A stretch of 62,808 nt of DNA, filler included, from Globobulimina sp. (GCA_003354225.1; 15 parts of 15 records of this genome joined end to end with filler, not necessarily neighbours in it); one strand, 5' to 3'. Numbered from the whole stretch's first letter, positions 1 to 12,594 are shown. A program made the numbers and translations. Notes: a model not told the origin generated them from the sequence alone.

Positions 1-1
1 C

Positions 2-370
2 AAAAAACGATGGGACAATACAAAGGTCACAAAAGATGTTCGCAAAGAAGCATGCAGCATAGCACGCCATATGAAACATATTCAAAACTTAAATTATGAT
101 GATTTTAAAAAAACATTTACTGGAGCTATAACTGTAAAGCCCCGTCAAAATTATCCAGATCCACCATTTACTGAATTTAAAGCTGGAAAAGCAAGTACCG
201 TTAGCAGCTGGAAACCGACTCTGAGTTGCTATCAAGGACCAACAGCAAGCCAAGCAAGGCTGGAAATTATGGCAAACTACGGAGGCGGGCTGAGAGTGTT
301 GAAAAAGAAAAAGGAAAAAAGAAAAAGGTTTCAGCAGTCGCGGAATTTCAGACAGAGAAAACCAACATGA
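2..370 (+). CDS. 5'-truncated hypothetical protein with basic C-terminus
   Basis: Frame is open from the contig start (KKRWDNTKVTKDVRKEACSIARHMKH...) to TGA at 368-370, followed by AT-rich 3' sequence. No recognisable domain. Confidence 0.4.
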   Translation, partial: KKRWDNTKVTKDVRKEACSIARHMKHIQNLNYDDFKKTFTGAITVKPRQNYPDPPFTEFKAGKASTVSSWKPTLSCYQGPTASQARLEIMANYGGGLRVLKKKKEKRKRFQQSRNFRQRKPT

Positions 371-521
371 ACTAGGATTTTTTTATTTGTTTTTTTTTAA
401 AACTGAAATTGTAAACAATAATTATAAAATAAAAAGGAAAAAAATAACATACATGATCACAACACACAAATTCAGTTTCAATTTAAGTAAAAAAAAAAAA
501 AATAAATTATTAATATAGCGA

Positions 522-1365
522 TTACACTTCGTCTTTCTTCGATTCGCGATACAATTTAGAGCCTGATAAATCGACCACCAATATGCTACCGTTTGTAAAA
601 TTGAAGCTCACGGATCCCAATCCTTTCATCTCTGTTATGTCGGCCGGAGTGGTTAAATGTACTGCTGCTTGTTGTGCCGCGGCTTGTCGTGCTGTTGCTT
701 GTTGTGCAACTGCTTGTTTATATTGCGTTTGTCGTGTAGCCTCTCGTATGCGTCTCTGTTTCAATGGGCCATCTGTGAGAATATATTGTGTATGTTTTAC
801 GTATACAGATTAGTAGTAAATAATACATACGCTGACGACCACGGTCCTGATAATGAGAATGCGTTGATCGATGCGGACGGTAATTTGTCGAATGGTGTGG
901 ACGGGAATTTGAATTGGTGTAATTTATACCATTTACATTTGACTGTGCATCAAATGGAGCGTATGGATATTTATGTGCAAATGGCGGATATTTATGCCAA
1001 TTGTCATTGTAAAGCATCATCGTAGGCGCAGTTTGTTTCGCCGGTGTAGTTGGTCTCGCCGGTCTCGTTGGTTTCGCAGTTGGTTTCGCCGGTGTAATTT
1101 TAACTGATTTCTTTTTTCGTATTTTGATCGGTTTTAATTGTTTGATGATAGCCGCAGGGGATTTGATCACTTTCAATTTCTTTCTTTTTATGATAATCTT
1201 CAATTTCTTTACTTTCGATTTGGAACTGCGCGAATTGTTTGATTTCTGTGCATTCTTTTTCGTCCTTTTTTTCGATCGCTTTTTCGTCAAATCTATCAGG
1301 GGTTTTCCATGGATTGTCAGCGGCTCTGTCTTCACAATGGTGGCAGAATTGTTTGTATTGTCCAT
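522..1365 (-). CDS. Two-exon Lys/Pro-rich basic protein with SIM-like LIDLT motif
   Basis: ORFs 718-1452 and 522-764 join in frame through a 58-nt intron at 773-830 (GTATGT...CTAAT...CAG), giving ...DRGRQ-H-GPLKQRRIRE.... Likely ATG at 1365 (MDNTNN). Confidence 0.6.
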
Positions 1366-1441
1366 TGAAAAAAGATGTTTTGAGAAAAAAGAAGTTTTGT
1401 GTAACATTTTACGATTTCCACAAAGTGAGTTAGTCTTTATC

Positions 1442-3802
1442 ATGGCGACCAAAGAAATCCGATTTATAGAAACGGATGCATTGTCTTATTATATGATGGC
1501 GCCGCAAGATCCACCGCAAAACATATTTATATCGCCGCAACATTATCAAACCTCAACCACTACCGATCATCAATCCTCAACCACTACATATTCGTACCTT
1601 ATCAAACCTCCACAACTACCGACGCTTGAATGTGAATTAGATATTGAAGAGAGTGATGAAAGTGATTGGGAGGAAATGTCAATGGCATCGATTGAAGCGA
1701 ATGGTGAAAGCGATCGTGATGAAATGTCAACGGCATCGATTGAAGAGAGTGCGAGCGATAAAGCATTGGTTCAATGTGATATTAATAATAATGTATCGTT
1801 ACAAAAAGCTGTCGCCCAAAGTATACAAGAAATGAATGTGGATTCGGTTAAAAATAGAGAAATAAATGGAAAAGCATTCAATTTTAAAAATGCTAACTTA
1901 TCACAAGTTGTAGCTGGTATTATGCCATTGCATAATTTGGGAAACACATGTTTTTTCAATGCAATTATTCAATCGTTATTACAATGTATATGTCTTCGTT
2001 CATATTTTATAAACGGCGAATATGTTAAGGATATTAATATTCATAATAAATTTGGTAATAAAGGTGAAGTAGTAAATATGTGGTATAAATTGGTACAAAA
2101 TTGTTTTGTTCAAAAAAAAGGTAAATTTAGTCCGTGGGCATTGGTAAATCTCGTGGCATCGAAAAAGGATAAATTTAATAATAGTAATCAACACGATGCC
2201 TCTGATTTATTGAGTGATCTCTTAGATTTATTACATGAAGACGTTAATGTAATTACCGATCCTCCGAAGCAAGTTGATGTATATAGCAGAACATATTTTG
2301 ATGCTATGCTGTATAAACAGGCTGTGGAAAAAATGCGTCGACGACAAAAATCGAAAATTGTTGATATATTTTTATTTAATTTTTCTGTGTCAAGAAAATG
2401 TGATCATTGTATGTCGATTAGTACAAAATATGAGATATCAAATGTATTACCATTACCAATACCAGTATATGCGACAACATTATCTGAATGTTTGAAAGGC
2501 TATTTTTGCAGTACAGAAAATTTGAGTGGTGATAATGATTACGAATGCAGTATTTGCCAACAAGTGTCCTCAGGAACACAACAAATAAAATTATTGTGCG
2601 CACCACCAGTGCTTATTGTTGCATTTACTCGTTTTTTTAATTGTGGCAGCCAAAAAAAGAATACATTTATCATTTATCCAGTGAAGGGATTGGATATTTC
2701 AGAATATCTTAATACAACATATAATACGGCAACAAAATATGATTTATTTGCGGTGGTATGTCATCATGGAGATGATATAACAGCATCTGCGCATTATACT
2801 GCATTGGTAAGAAATATTAAGAATGGAAAATGGTATAAAATGGATGATCAACAAAATGGTATTGAGATTTCGCAACAGGAAATTGTTGTAGAAGATGCTT
2901 ATATATTATTCTTTGCACGGAGAACACCTAATAATGAACAAAAAAATAATACATTATCAAATAAAATAATGTCCATGATAACACCGTCCAATACCCCGGA
3001 GCCATTTGAAAATCAGTACACAATCATTTCACAAATTGATGTTCAAACGATTAGTGTAGGCAGTTTGCTTAGGGTTGTAAAAAACCGGCGCTTAAGTGAT
3101 GAAAGTATTAATTATTGTTTTAGATTATTACAGAAACAATACCCGAATGTATTAGTATTTCCTTCATTTTTTTATTACAGATTGGCTTATAATGGAAATA
3201 CAAATGATAAATATAAATATGATGAGGATACATTATGGCGATGGCATGGAATAAATGCAAAGGAATCTGTATTTGATTATGATGTAATAATATTTCCTAT
3301 TTGTAATTTTAGCAAATCTTCCTATCCGCAGTGGTTTTTTGTAGTGATTGGAATTGCTGTTAACTGTGGACAAATACAGATCTTTGATACATTATGGGAT
3401 GGCAAAAAATATGATATTGTGTTTAAGAATATGAAACAATGGATGTATGATGAATGGACGAATAAAAATGCAAAGAATAAAAATATGTCAATGCAAAGAA
3501 TAAAACATTGGACGTTAGTAACAAATCATGACTATCCACAACAAATGAATACGGATACTATTAACAGTGGCACTTTTACAATAAAAGGAGCTCAACATTT
3601 TGTTACAGGGAATCGTTTAAAAAAAACTGATCGAAGACATTCTGCTCAATATAGATTGGAAATAGTAGCCTCGATACTTTATAATAATGATAAAGATGAT
3701 AATATTCGCAGCGATGTTTGCTATTCAAAAATTTTAAAGCATCGTTTTGTTTGTAATGATAAAGATGTTAATAATAATGATAAAGATACGTTTTGTTTGT
3801 AA
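1442..3802 (+). CDS. Ubiquitin-specific protease (peptidase C19) fused to a C-terminal Ulp1/SENP-like (C48) domain
   Basis: Cys box LHNLGNTCFFNAIIQ, QHDA motif, two CxxC finger pairs, His box VVCHHG...AHYTA...WYKMDD. The C-terminal domain has LSDESIN, FPSFFY, IIFPI and PQQxN motifs. Likely start is MATKE at 1442; the upstream ORF portion is the antisense of the neighbouring gene. Confidence 0.85.
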   Translation: MATKEIRFIETDALSYYMMAPQDPPQNIFISPQHYQTSTTTDHQSSTTTYSYLIKPPQLPTLECELDIEESDESDWEEMSMASIEANGESDRDEMSTASIEESASDKALVQCDINNNVSLQKAVAQSIQEMNVDSVKNREINGKAFNFKNANLSQVVAGIMPLHNLGNTCFFNAIIQSLLQCICLRSYFINGEYVKDINIHNKFGNKGEVVNMWYKLVQNCFVQKKGKFSPWALVNLVASKKDKFNNSNQHDASDLLSDLLDLLHEDVNVITDPPKQVDVYSRTYFDAMLYKQAVEKMRRRQKSKIVDIFLFNFSVSRKCDHCMSISTKYEISNVLPLPIPVYATTLSECLKGYFCSTENLSGDNDYECSICQQVSSGTQQIKLLCAPPVLIVAFTRFFNCGSQKKNTFIIYPVKGLDISEYLNTTYNTATKYDLFAVVCHHGDDITASAHYTALVRNIKNGKWYKMDDQQNGIEISQQEIVVEDAYILFFARRTPNNEQKNNTLSNKIMSMITPSNTPEPFENQYTIISQIDVQTISVGSLLRVVKNRRLSDESINYCFRLLQKQYPNVLVFPSFFYYRLAYNGNTNDKYKYDEDTLWRWHGINAKESVFDYDVIIFPICNFSKSSYPQWFFVVIGIAVNCGQIQIFDTLWDGKKYDIVFKNMKQWMYDEWTNKNAKNKNMSMQRIKHWTLVTNHDYPQQMNTDTINSGTFTIKGAQHFVTGNRLKKTDRRHSAQYRLEIVASILYNNDKDDNIRSDVCYSKILKHRFVCNDKDVNNNDKDTFCL

Positions 3803-4099
3803 TACTTTCTATTTAGTTTTATTAATATTTCTGTTTGTTTTTTTTTTTGTTTTTTTTTTCGTTTTGTTTTTATTTTTTTGTTTTTTTATATGTAATACTT
3901 TCTGTTTAGTTTTATATGTACAACTTGTTGGTGATTATACCTTTTAGCGATGTGATTCCTTTCGAAGCAGGAATGACAAGACAAGACTGACATTTTCGGG
4001 GATGTATACTAACAGAGATTATATCCTTGCACAATGTAAAAAACTCACTTGTCCTCCTAATCAGCAATGGATGAGTCAAAGGAGCCAAAAGTCGCAAAA

Positions 4100-4199
4100 N
4101 NNNNNNNNNNNNNNNNNNNNNNNNNNNNNNNNNNNNNNNNNNNTTAATTAATTAANNNNNNNNNNNNNNNNNNNNNNNNNNNNNNNNNNNNNNNNNNNN
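4100..4199. other. Artificial contig spacer N44-TTAATTAATTAA-N44 (first of 14)
   Basis: Identical 100-nt spacers with stops in all six frames start at 4100, 8298, 12495, 16692, 20889, 25085, 29281, 33476, 37669, 41862, 46055, 50244, 54433 and 58621. Flanking contig lengths decrease from 4099 to 4088. Confidence 0.98.
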
Positions 4200-4525
4200 A
4201 GTGATTTTGATATCGGAAAGTCACTCGGAAGAGGTACATTTTTCTTTTTTCTTTGTGTCTTGTCGGATTTTTAAAAATTTACTTTACTGCAAAAGGCAAA
4301 TTTGGAAATGTATACCTTGTTCGTGAGAAAAAATCAAGATTTATTTGTGCATTGAAAGTGTTATTTAAAACTCAATTGGGAAAAGCCAATGTTATCCATC
4401 AGTTACAGAGAGAAATAGAGATCCAATCCCATTTAAGACATGCCAACATATTGAGACTATTTGGTTACTTTTATGATGAGCACCGAGTATATTTAATATT
4501 GGAATATGAGTTATATCATGAACTA
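4200..4525 (+). pseudogene. AURK: Aurora kinase N-lobe fragment, 3'-truncated at the junction with dynein
   Basis: [36 protein letters not shown]...[36 protein letters not shown], with a 62-nt intron at 4234-4295. Homology stops after ELYHEL. Confidence 0.85.
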
Positions 4526-7500
4526 ATTTGCGATCCCACACACATTTAAATTGAAGATTATCCATTGTTGTCTGCAGTTTGTGTGCCGAATATTGTTTAA
4601 ATGCATTTAAAAATGTAATCGGATAAAACAACTCTCCGATCATAATATTAATATTTAATTTGCTTAATTTGCCCAAACTATTCTCTCTCATCCATGTATT
4701 TAATATTTCTTTCCTGTTTATTAAGAGTGTTAAAAATATTTTTGGATTTGATGGACCATGTCCTTTATTCCATAATTTATTCCAATCCCAAGGAACTATT
4801 CCAGCTATTAATTGGCATATATTTTCTTGTAAACGCATGCTTAATGAACCATTGCCAAATAATCCGACCTCAATATCCGTCATTGATTTATTAATATAAT
4901 TTATTAATATCCGTACTTTCTCAATTTCCAATGACAAGGCATTTATCACTGGATTAATATCATTAACATTGTTATTACTCGATATATTCTCATTTGTTTT
5001 GATTGTTTTCCATAATTTTATCAATGGATAAATCCTTTTTCTTTGACTCTGCCGTAATTTTGAAATGGATGCATATGAAATATCATCCAATGATGACACG
5101 GATAAAATCTTTAGACTTTGAAACAATTGTTTTATATTTTGCAGTGAAACGATATTATTTGCATTTAAAGGCAGAGCAAACATATCTGGCGAATCACTGC
5201 TTGGCATTGTATTTATTAAATTTACATATTCATATTTTTGAATTGAAGAAGGAATATGGCACAAATACTTCCATTTACTTACTTTACTTAACGTATTTGC
5301 ATTAAAATATGAATTTAAATATGAATTTAATGTGTTCAAATCGATATTATTATCAATTCTGCCGCCATATATTGCTTGATTTAGTAATCCGCATAATAGC
5401 TTCCATGGTATTTGACAAATATTATTTAATTTATTCTTTTTGAAGATTGAATCAATAATTTCCATACTTGCGCGCAAATCCGATTCGTTAAATTCATAAT
5501 ATTTATTCCAACCGCATGGAACATACGTCCGTCGTTCTTGAATTATGGCATGAAACCATGCTAAAATGAATAATAATTGCGTTCGGAATTTATTTTTATT
5601 TCTTCCTGCCATATATTCATCACTCCAAATGGACAATGTTCGATTTAAGTTTTGTTTGACTCCCGGTGGTGGTTCACATGTAATCGTAACTGAATTCTGC
5701 AACAATAATGATGCAAAATTGGAATGTGATTCAGTGGTTAGCCATAAGCGGAAATCTGAACTTATTTTCTGCTTTTTCAGCGATAATATAACGGCTTGCA
5801 ATTCTTGTTTGAGCCATGGAATGACCAAATGGAGATTTTTTAAACAAATCCAATATCCTTTTTGGGCGCCACTTTTTATTAAGTTGATAGCCTCAGATTT
5901 TAGTTCTTGTCCGCAACCCATTGCCATCTCAAAGTAATGATCACCGCCAACTACATTTAATGCTAATTCTCGCAGTTCGCGGGAGGGATCGGCACCGGTT
6001 GTGGTCACAAATAATATCAAAAAGTCGTTGCTTTGCTTGCTGGAAACATATAATTCTTTTAGAGACTTAATTTTATTTTTATTGCAGCCTTTAATGTATT
6101 TATTGATAAACAGATTTATAGCATTGGATAATTTGTCGGCGCGGAAGGTTTGTATCAAAAGTAATTGTTCAAAATCTGTAAAATTAATGTTATTAATAAA
6201 AGATGTTAGGTCTGTTTCTGGATTATTTGATTGTATCCAGTCACTCCATTTATTTGTATATTTGTCAAACTCACATTTTAATATAAGAGCTTCAAAATTG
6301 CTGCATAAATCTTTGAAGGATTGTTGAATATCAATATGGATCCATGGCAATGATATCGATGCAATGTCAGTATGAATTGCAATGTTTTTCGAGTTTGAAC
6401 AGGATATTATTTCACCAATAAAATATTCCCATTCATTTTCTTTGCATATTTTACTGCCATATAATGAATGCACAAAATATAAACCAAAGGTTAATCGATC
6501 ACATTTGAACAAGGATCGCGAGATATAATTATAAAGAATTGATACTAGATTCTCTTCCAAATTGGCGATATGTTGTGCTACATTTTTATTGTCTGAACTG
6601 TGGCAAATACTTTTCAAATTCGATGCAAATAATGATAAAAACGTAAATAAACTAAATTTATACATATTATTCAAACTTTGCAATGATTTAATTGTAAAAT
6701 AAGCATTACTTCCAATTACTGCTAACACTCTATAAATTTCACGTTGTTTATTTAAATCATTCTGTACAATTTTCGATTCATTTAAAGCTTTTTTAATATT
6801 TTCACTTTGTATTTTTGTATTATTTAAGGATTCAATCAATGATTTATTGTAAAGAATATTTCCTGACGACATTGCTAATTCGCGTAATAATTCCTTTTCT
6901 AATTCAGCTAATTGTACCTTATATTTTTCCTCTTCACCTAATAATTGCGATTTTTTTCTTTCTAATTCCGGCTGTTGTGATCGCATAGTAATTGCTAATA
7001 ATTGTGATTCCAATCCAGACCACGTGACACAAAAATTGATACAACTTACCAATGGTTTACATCTCGACGATAACGAGAATGACATATTGCGTGATATTAA
7101 ATATAACTTAAATTCTTCATTATAATCAATCCATTTGTCCCCGACGCTGATAACTTGCCTCGCTCCTTGTTTTGTAATATTTTTCCGTAGCAATGGATAC
7201 AAACTTGGATGGATATCATCGACATCGGTGACAATTATAGTTTTACCAAATCGAACGGATAATTCCAGCTGTTTCATAAACCGCGCATCCGATTGTTGGA
7301 TAATTTCATATGAAATATTTTCTACATTCAAATAATTTGTCAGCCAAGTTGTAGCATCACCATTTGGGTCAATTATAAATGGAAACAACACACAGTTTAA
7401 CAGAATCATTGCATTCTCATATGATAATTTATCGTCTGGTAATCCCTCAGATTTCCATTTTAGTAAATCACTCTCGTTATTCATAAATCTCAATACACTC

Positions 7501-8297
7501 AAATCATCATCACAGACATCACACATTTCGCTCCATTTATCCATGCATTTAACACGGATATTCTCTGGATATCCACCCAAATATGTCACAAAATTAGCTG
7601 CAATCAAACAGTACTTTGGCAACAAAACAGTAATTTTATTAATTTCGTCTACTTGCTCGTCCCATCTATGCTTCTCATCTGACAACTTATCAAATAAAGT
7701 CTGCGATCTTTCCAAGGTTTCTTGCACATTTTTCAAAGAAATTTTCAACACTTCCGCTTCGGATGTAATTTTTGTAAAATTCACCTTCAAACTAGCCACT
7801 TGTTGGTCTAATTCGATTAGCTCACTTTCCACTTTATTCATATTTTGCTGCGCATCATTAATATCAAACTGCGCAGTGTCTAATTCCCGCTCTAACGGAG
7901 CGATCTTTTGTAACACGAGCGAATAAGAAATATTTGCTTTGAACCAGGCAGCCAACGGTGCCGCAGCAACACTTACTCTCTGAATACGTTTTGGATCGAA
8001 TGAATGTTTCCGTTTTGGATCATTTAATAATTTGTTGGCTTTTTTGAGAATTTGGGGAGTAATTCTTCTCGCATTATAGTTTATAATTTCTTGTTTAACC
8101 GAAGGTTTCGATAGAAATGATTTCATTGATTGCCAGCTGGTATCAAAGTTGCCCATCAAAATTAAAACACCGCTCAATACATCGTTTATAGATTCCGGCG
8201 GTAATCGTAACATTCTGAGCTCATTTAAGGAATCTTTGCGAATGCCACAAACTGCGGCTTTTGCCTCATCGACCATTGGTTGAATATCTGCCAATTC
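4392..8297 (-). CDS. DYNC2H1: Cytoplasmic dynein-2 (IFT) heavy chain, partial: stalk/MTBD, AAA5, AAA6, C-terminal region
   Basis: [11 protein letters not shown]...[19 protein letters not shown]...[44 protein letters not shown] and IYGGRIDN match dynein-2. The 5' end is cut by the contig edge and homology is lost below about 4524. Confidence 0.9.
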   Translation of the reverse strand, partial: ELADIQPMVDEAKAAVCGIRKDSLNELRMLRLPPESINDVLSGVLILMGNFDTSWQSMKSFLSKPSVKQEIINYNARRITPQILKKANKLLNDPKRKHSFDPKRIQRVSVAAAPLAAWFKANISYSLVLQKIAPLERELDTAQFDINDAQQNMNKVESELIELDQQVASLKVNFTKITSEAEVLKISLKNVQETLERSQTLFDKLSDEKHRWDEQVDEINKITVLLPKYCLIAANFVTYLGGYPENIRVKCMDKWSEMCDVCDDDLSVLRFMNNESDLLKWKSEGLPDDKLSYENAMILLNCVLFPFIIDPNGDATTWLTNYLNVENISYEIIQQSDARFMKQLELSVRFGKTIIVTDVDDIHPSLYPLLRKNITKQGARQVISVGDKWIDYNEEFKLYLISRNMSFSLSSRCKPLVSCINFCVTWSGLESQLLAITMRSQQPELERKKSQLLGEEEKYKVQLAELEKELLRELAMSSGNILYNKSLIESLNNTKIQSENIKKALNESKIVQNDLNKQREIYRVLAVIGSNAYFTIKSLQSLNNMYKFSLFTFLSLFASNLKSICHSSDNKNVAQHIANLEENLVSILYNYISRSLFKCDRLTFGLYFVHSLYGSKICKENEWEYFIGEIISCSNSKNIAIHTDIASISLPWIHIDIQQSFKDLCSNFEALILKCEFDKYTNKWSDWIQSNNPETDLTSFINNINFTDFEQLLLIQTFRADKLSNAINLFINKYIKGCNKNKIKSLKELYVSSKQSNDFLILFVTTTGADPSRELRELALNVVGGDHYFEMAMGCGQELKSEAINLIKSGAQKGYWICLKNLHLVIPWLKQELQAVILSLKKQKISSDFRLWLTTESHSNFASLLLQNSVTITCEPPPGVKQNLNRTLSIWSDEYMAGRNKNKFRTQLLFILAWFHAIIQERRTYVPCGWNKYYEFNESDLRASMEIIDSIFKKNKLNNICQIPWKLLCGLLNQAIYGGRIDNNIDLNTLNSYLNSYFNANTLSKVSKWKYLCHIPSSIQKYEYVNLINTMPSSDSPDMFALPLNANNIVSLQNIKQLFQSLKILSVSSLDDISYASISKLRQSQRKRIYPLIKLWKTIKTNENISSNNNVNDINPVINALSLEIEKVRILINYINKSMTDIEVGLFGNGSLSMRLQENICQLIAGIVPWDWNKLWNKGHGPSNPKIFLTLLINRKEILNTWMRENSLGKLSKLNINIMIGELFYPITFLNAFKQYSAHKLQTTMDNLQFKCVWDRKLVHDITHIPILNILGAHHKSNQIVSICWHVLNGIGSLFLSVTDG

Positions 8298-8541
8298 NNN
8301 NNNNNNNNNNNNNNNNNNNNNNNNNNNNNNNNNNNNNNNNNTTAATTAATTAANNNNNNNNNNNNNNNNNNNNNNNNNNNNNNNNNNNNNNNNNNNNGAA
8401 ATAACGCAGTTCTGGTCCTACATTGTTACCACATTAATTGCAACAATGTTAATTGCGTAATTTTATTTAATACTTAATTATATAAATACAATACAGAAAA
8501 CAAATAAATGAAATAAATTATTTCGAGTTTATTATTAATAA

Positions 8542-11500
8542 TTATTTCGCAGATCGTCTTGGTGGCTTTAACTGATGGATACTAATTTTGTCTTTATGTC
8601 CCTGAGCAATAATCGGCGACACATCATTCGGTGTAATAAATATATATTGCCGGTCACAACTTACTTTCTCCGTATTTTTATTGTTATTTTTCTCCCCCTC
8701 ATCATGCCCCAACGCCACATTTAACAAAATCCGAATTGAATTCCCGCGATTCACACTATCCATAAACACATCAAACTCATCATATATCGCAAATGGCGAA
8801 CCACAAAACTTCTGCAACGCCATAATAAACGCAATCTGCGCATAAGAGCGTTCACCGCCACTCAATAAACTGCTATTCCTCATCTCTTGCACTCGCGTGT
8901 CACCGTCGTCGTTTTTCATCCTACACATCATGTCCAATGTGCCTTTATCGTAATCCACTTTCAAGATTCCATCATGTCCCTGCTGCCTCATTACATATCG
9001 GAATTCTAAGTTCAGTATATCCCGCACTGCCTCCTTCATAGCAAAGTATTCTTTCTTTCTATGCGACAGCAAACGCTGCATCTCGTCGCAATTATGATTA
9101 CAATTCTCCACTCTGAATTGGTGCGATTCGTATTTGGGTTTGATGGCTTCGAACCGCTCTCGAATATCCTGTGCATTGTTGTTATTCGAGCTCTCCCAAG
9201 CTTCGATTTCAGCCACCAACAAAGCGCGGGCTCTCCGCAACTGTGTCAATGAGTATTTCCTATTTCTGTCTGCCACATTACGCGGATATTGTTCGTGCGT
9301 TATCTCCGCACCTAATTCCAACGCTTTTTGCAACAAATTGTTTATTCGTTGCTGCTCCGACTCATAGGCTGCGGTCTCACATTTTAATTCCTCCTCAAAC
9401 GTAGTGATTTTATTCGGTATTTTTTCTATTTGCAATGATTGTGTTTTGATTACAGTCAGTAACTCCTCGCAATGTGTTCTCAGCAGATCAATGCTATGCT
9501 GTTCATTTTTAACCGTTTCTTCAATATTTTGCAACTCTCTCTTTTTGACACTCAATTCGTGCATCACCTCATCCGAATCGGTTTTAAACGGCGCAATCTC
9601 TGCTTGCAACTGAGCAATCTGCGACTTTTCATCTTGAATACAATTTTGTAGCTCTTCCATTTGTTCCTGCGCTTCGTTGTTATCCTCCTCTTCTTCGCGA
9701 ATGTCCCTTTGCTGCCGTTCTAACTTTTCAATTTTATCTGCGAATATCTTAATATTCCGGTTCAAAGCTATCAATTTTTGTTCGTACTCGCGTACGCTTT
9801 GGTTATTATCCCGAACAAACCGCTCCAATTCCATAATCTGTATGTCATTGGTACTCTTTTCTTGAACGCGTAGAGTTAATTGATTCTGGAACCACTGTCT
9901 CGCCGCAGTTTGGTCGCTTTGTAAGATCGGATGGCTTTCTCTTTGATTCGTAGCAGACACAGACTCGCCATGCCTCTTTACAGAATATAAGCCTTTCTGT
10001 TCCCTGTAAGTCATCACCGAGGACACCGCTCGCAATCTACTGCCACGCAAAGAGCCCAAAAAACGGCGAGCTTGCGCCAAATCGCCGTGTGCGTACACCC
10101 GTTCTGGCGCAGAATTCGTCAAAATCGCATTGTATATCCAAGCGTGGTTATCTTTGACAGTGAACATGTCAGACACACGAAGTATGTCTGCTTGGTTTGC
10201 AAATGGATTCGCATTGATTTGTTCCATTCGATCACTGTATGGATATTGCACACAGGGCACGGTTTTACCGAACCGCCGGGATATAATATCACGGAAAATG
10301 TGCATATCTCGGCTGGATTCTACTAAGTAAACATACAATGAATTGGCTAATACAGTTTGAACAATTTGAATGTGCCGAGCATCAGTTTCTCGATCATTGC
10401 ATGGTTTCATTTGGATATATTCGCCCAAAGGCCCAATGGGAGCACGTTGGAAGCTGCGCGAATGTCTGTGAATACATTGTCGAATGCCAGCAACTGAGAT
10501 ATCGTTGTTCGAATAGCGGTTATTATTTCGATGCGAATGGGACCGATTCCGCACCGATGGATGGATAAATAATTCACTTCGATTTTGAGGTCGAGCTAAT
10601 GCGCGTAACTGATCCTCAAGTTTTTTTATCTCAGTTTGTTTGTTGTATGCATCATTTTGTAACTGCAACAATTTCTGCTCAGTCTCTTTCATTTCGATAC
10701 TTTTCTCGGTCTTATCCCGCAATGGCTCCCTCTCCGTGCGATATTTACTCAATTTCGTGCTGGCATCACCTAACTGTTCCTGAATGGCCGCCAATGTGCG
10801 ACCACGTTCATTATTTTGAATGGTGTTCACATAGTCATTATACTTCTTGGTATAACCGGTGATTTTGCGCTTGAATGAATCAATAAACTTCTGCTTCGCG
10901 CTAACTTTCATATTGATTTTTTTCCTCCGCGCATCTAACTCTCCCATAACAGTCATCAACTGCTGCACCGGTGCATGGTATCTCATTGCATGCTGCGTTT
11001 TTTCTTCAATCTCCTGCGTCGCCGCCGTCCTCTTCGCCTTATTTGCAGCCATAGTTTGACTCAGCTGCGCCAACGTAGTCTGCGAAGAAACTATTTTATT
11101 CTGAATCCGTTCTATGCTCTGCTCATATTTGCCAAGTGAGCCTTTCTGCTCATGATACCGCATAAATCTCTCTGCTCTCTCCCAATACGCAACTTTCTCC
11201 TTTTGCTCCTCCATTCTCTCCAACGTATCTAAGCGTGCCTTAGCTTCAGTATACTGCGTCCTGATCGCAATGAAACTGCCTTTGGTTTGCTTCTGTCGCT
11301 GCAGGGCATCACGCACATTTTCCTTCGCTTCCTGCCATGCGGTGGCATAGCTGCCCAATTTCGAAGCTTGCATGAAAAATTTATACTTTTCAGTGCTTTT
11401 GGTGGAATTTAGGAACTTTTTCGCCGTCGTTTGTTGCAATACAACGCAGGGATTATCCACGTTTAAATTGAATTTCTCAGTGATGGCACGCACCGCTTTC

Positions 11501-12317
11501 AAACCGGTGCCTTTACATTTCAGTGTAGCGCCATCCAACACTTTGACTGTAGAGCTGCCGCCAGAGCCGGAACGCGTTAATTTGCGCTCGATTACGATTT
11601 CTTTGCCAAACTCGGGCAAACGTTCTGGTCCTTGGTTGTGTAAATACAATTTGATTTTGGCCCAATCTGTCTTGTCTTTAATGACGTCGCCGATGTTTTT
11701 CCCGCGGCCGGTTTTCTTGTCATTTTGGCCCAATGCCATGGATATGCCGGCTTCCACGGCACTTTTCCCACCTATTCAAATGTGAAAAACGTTTTTGTTT
11801 TTGGTATATATGACGATTTATAATAAAATTAATGTTTTTTAACTGCCGTTTTGACCATAAATGATATTGACGTTGGGATGGAATGATATTTCGAAGTTGG
11901 AGTGGCATAAAAAATTCTGCAATTCTAAGCGTACGAGGGCCCCGGGGTTGGCAGTCAATGGAGTTTGCGAGATAAGTTTGCCAAATTGATAGATGTGGTA
12001 TGGATGTTGCGAGGGCCTCTGACGTTTTTTATTATTTTTTACATTGATTTGATATGAATTGTCTGAAATGGGGGATAGAGAATCTTCGGTGGATATTGAC
12101 GATCGATCGTCGTATCGTGGCGTGTGAGATTCATTGTTGTTTAAACGACGTTTTTTGTGTGGTGGTGAATGGGTTGCCCGCGATGCTTCTAAAATGGCAA
12201 TGTCATCATCCTTTTATATTGGAATTTTATTTAAATTTTAATTATGGTGGCATGCGTACTTTGAAAACGTTGGTTGTTTAGTTATACCTGTCCCGAATCT
12301 GATAGTTCTCCACTCAT
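8542..12317 (-). CDS. SMC6: Structural maintenance of chromosomes protein 6 (3 exons)
   Basis: Exons 12317-12288, 12210-11844 and 11771-8542; introns 12211-12287 and 11772-11843. Splicing restores LQNFLCH...Walker A GQNGSGKSA. Long coiled coils, signature LSGGERS, Walker B YDEFDVFMD. Confidence 0.9.
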
Positions 12318-12594
12318 CTTGGTTTGTAAAGTGAAGGTGAACTTGACTCGATGTCGACAGTATTATTAAACCTTACAAGTTTTTTTTTTTGGACTGGCCC
12401 GGATCGGAGTTACTAAAGTAACGGATTTATTCATTTCTTTCAGGACTTTTGGAAGGAAAATAGGTTAATAATAAAATGTTAATGGTTGCCGATGNNNNNN
12501 NNNNNNNNNNNNNNNNNNNNNNNNNNNNNNNNNNNNNNTTAATTAATTAANNNNNNNNNNNNNNNNNNNNNNNNNNNNNNNNNNNNNNNNNNNN

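Noticed and set aside
1124-1441. Phe-rich hydrophobic N-terminus of the 892-aa ORF as a membrane anchor
   Set aside because: It is the antisense of the Lys-rich gene on the minus strand; the real start is more plausibly 1442.
3740-3920. Short direct repeats around the USP stop (tgtaatactttct.tttagtttta x2; ataataatgataaagat x2)
   Set aside because: Local AT-rich duplications with no spacer structure or element hallmarks.
4660-11785. Numerous 60-140 aa ORFs opposite dynein and SMC6 (and similar ones opposite other long genes)
   Set aside because: They are antisense or alternate-frame shadows of long coding regions with no motifs of their own.
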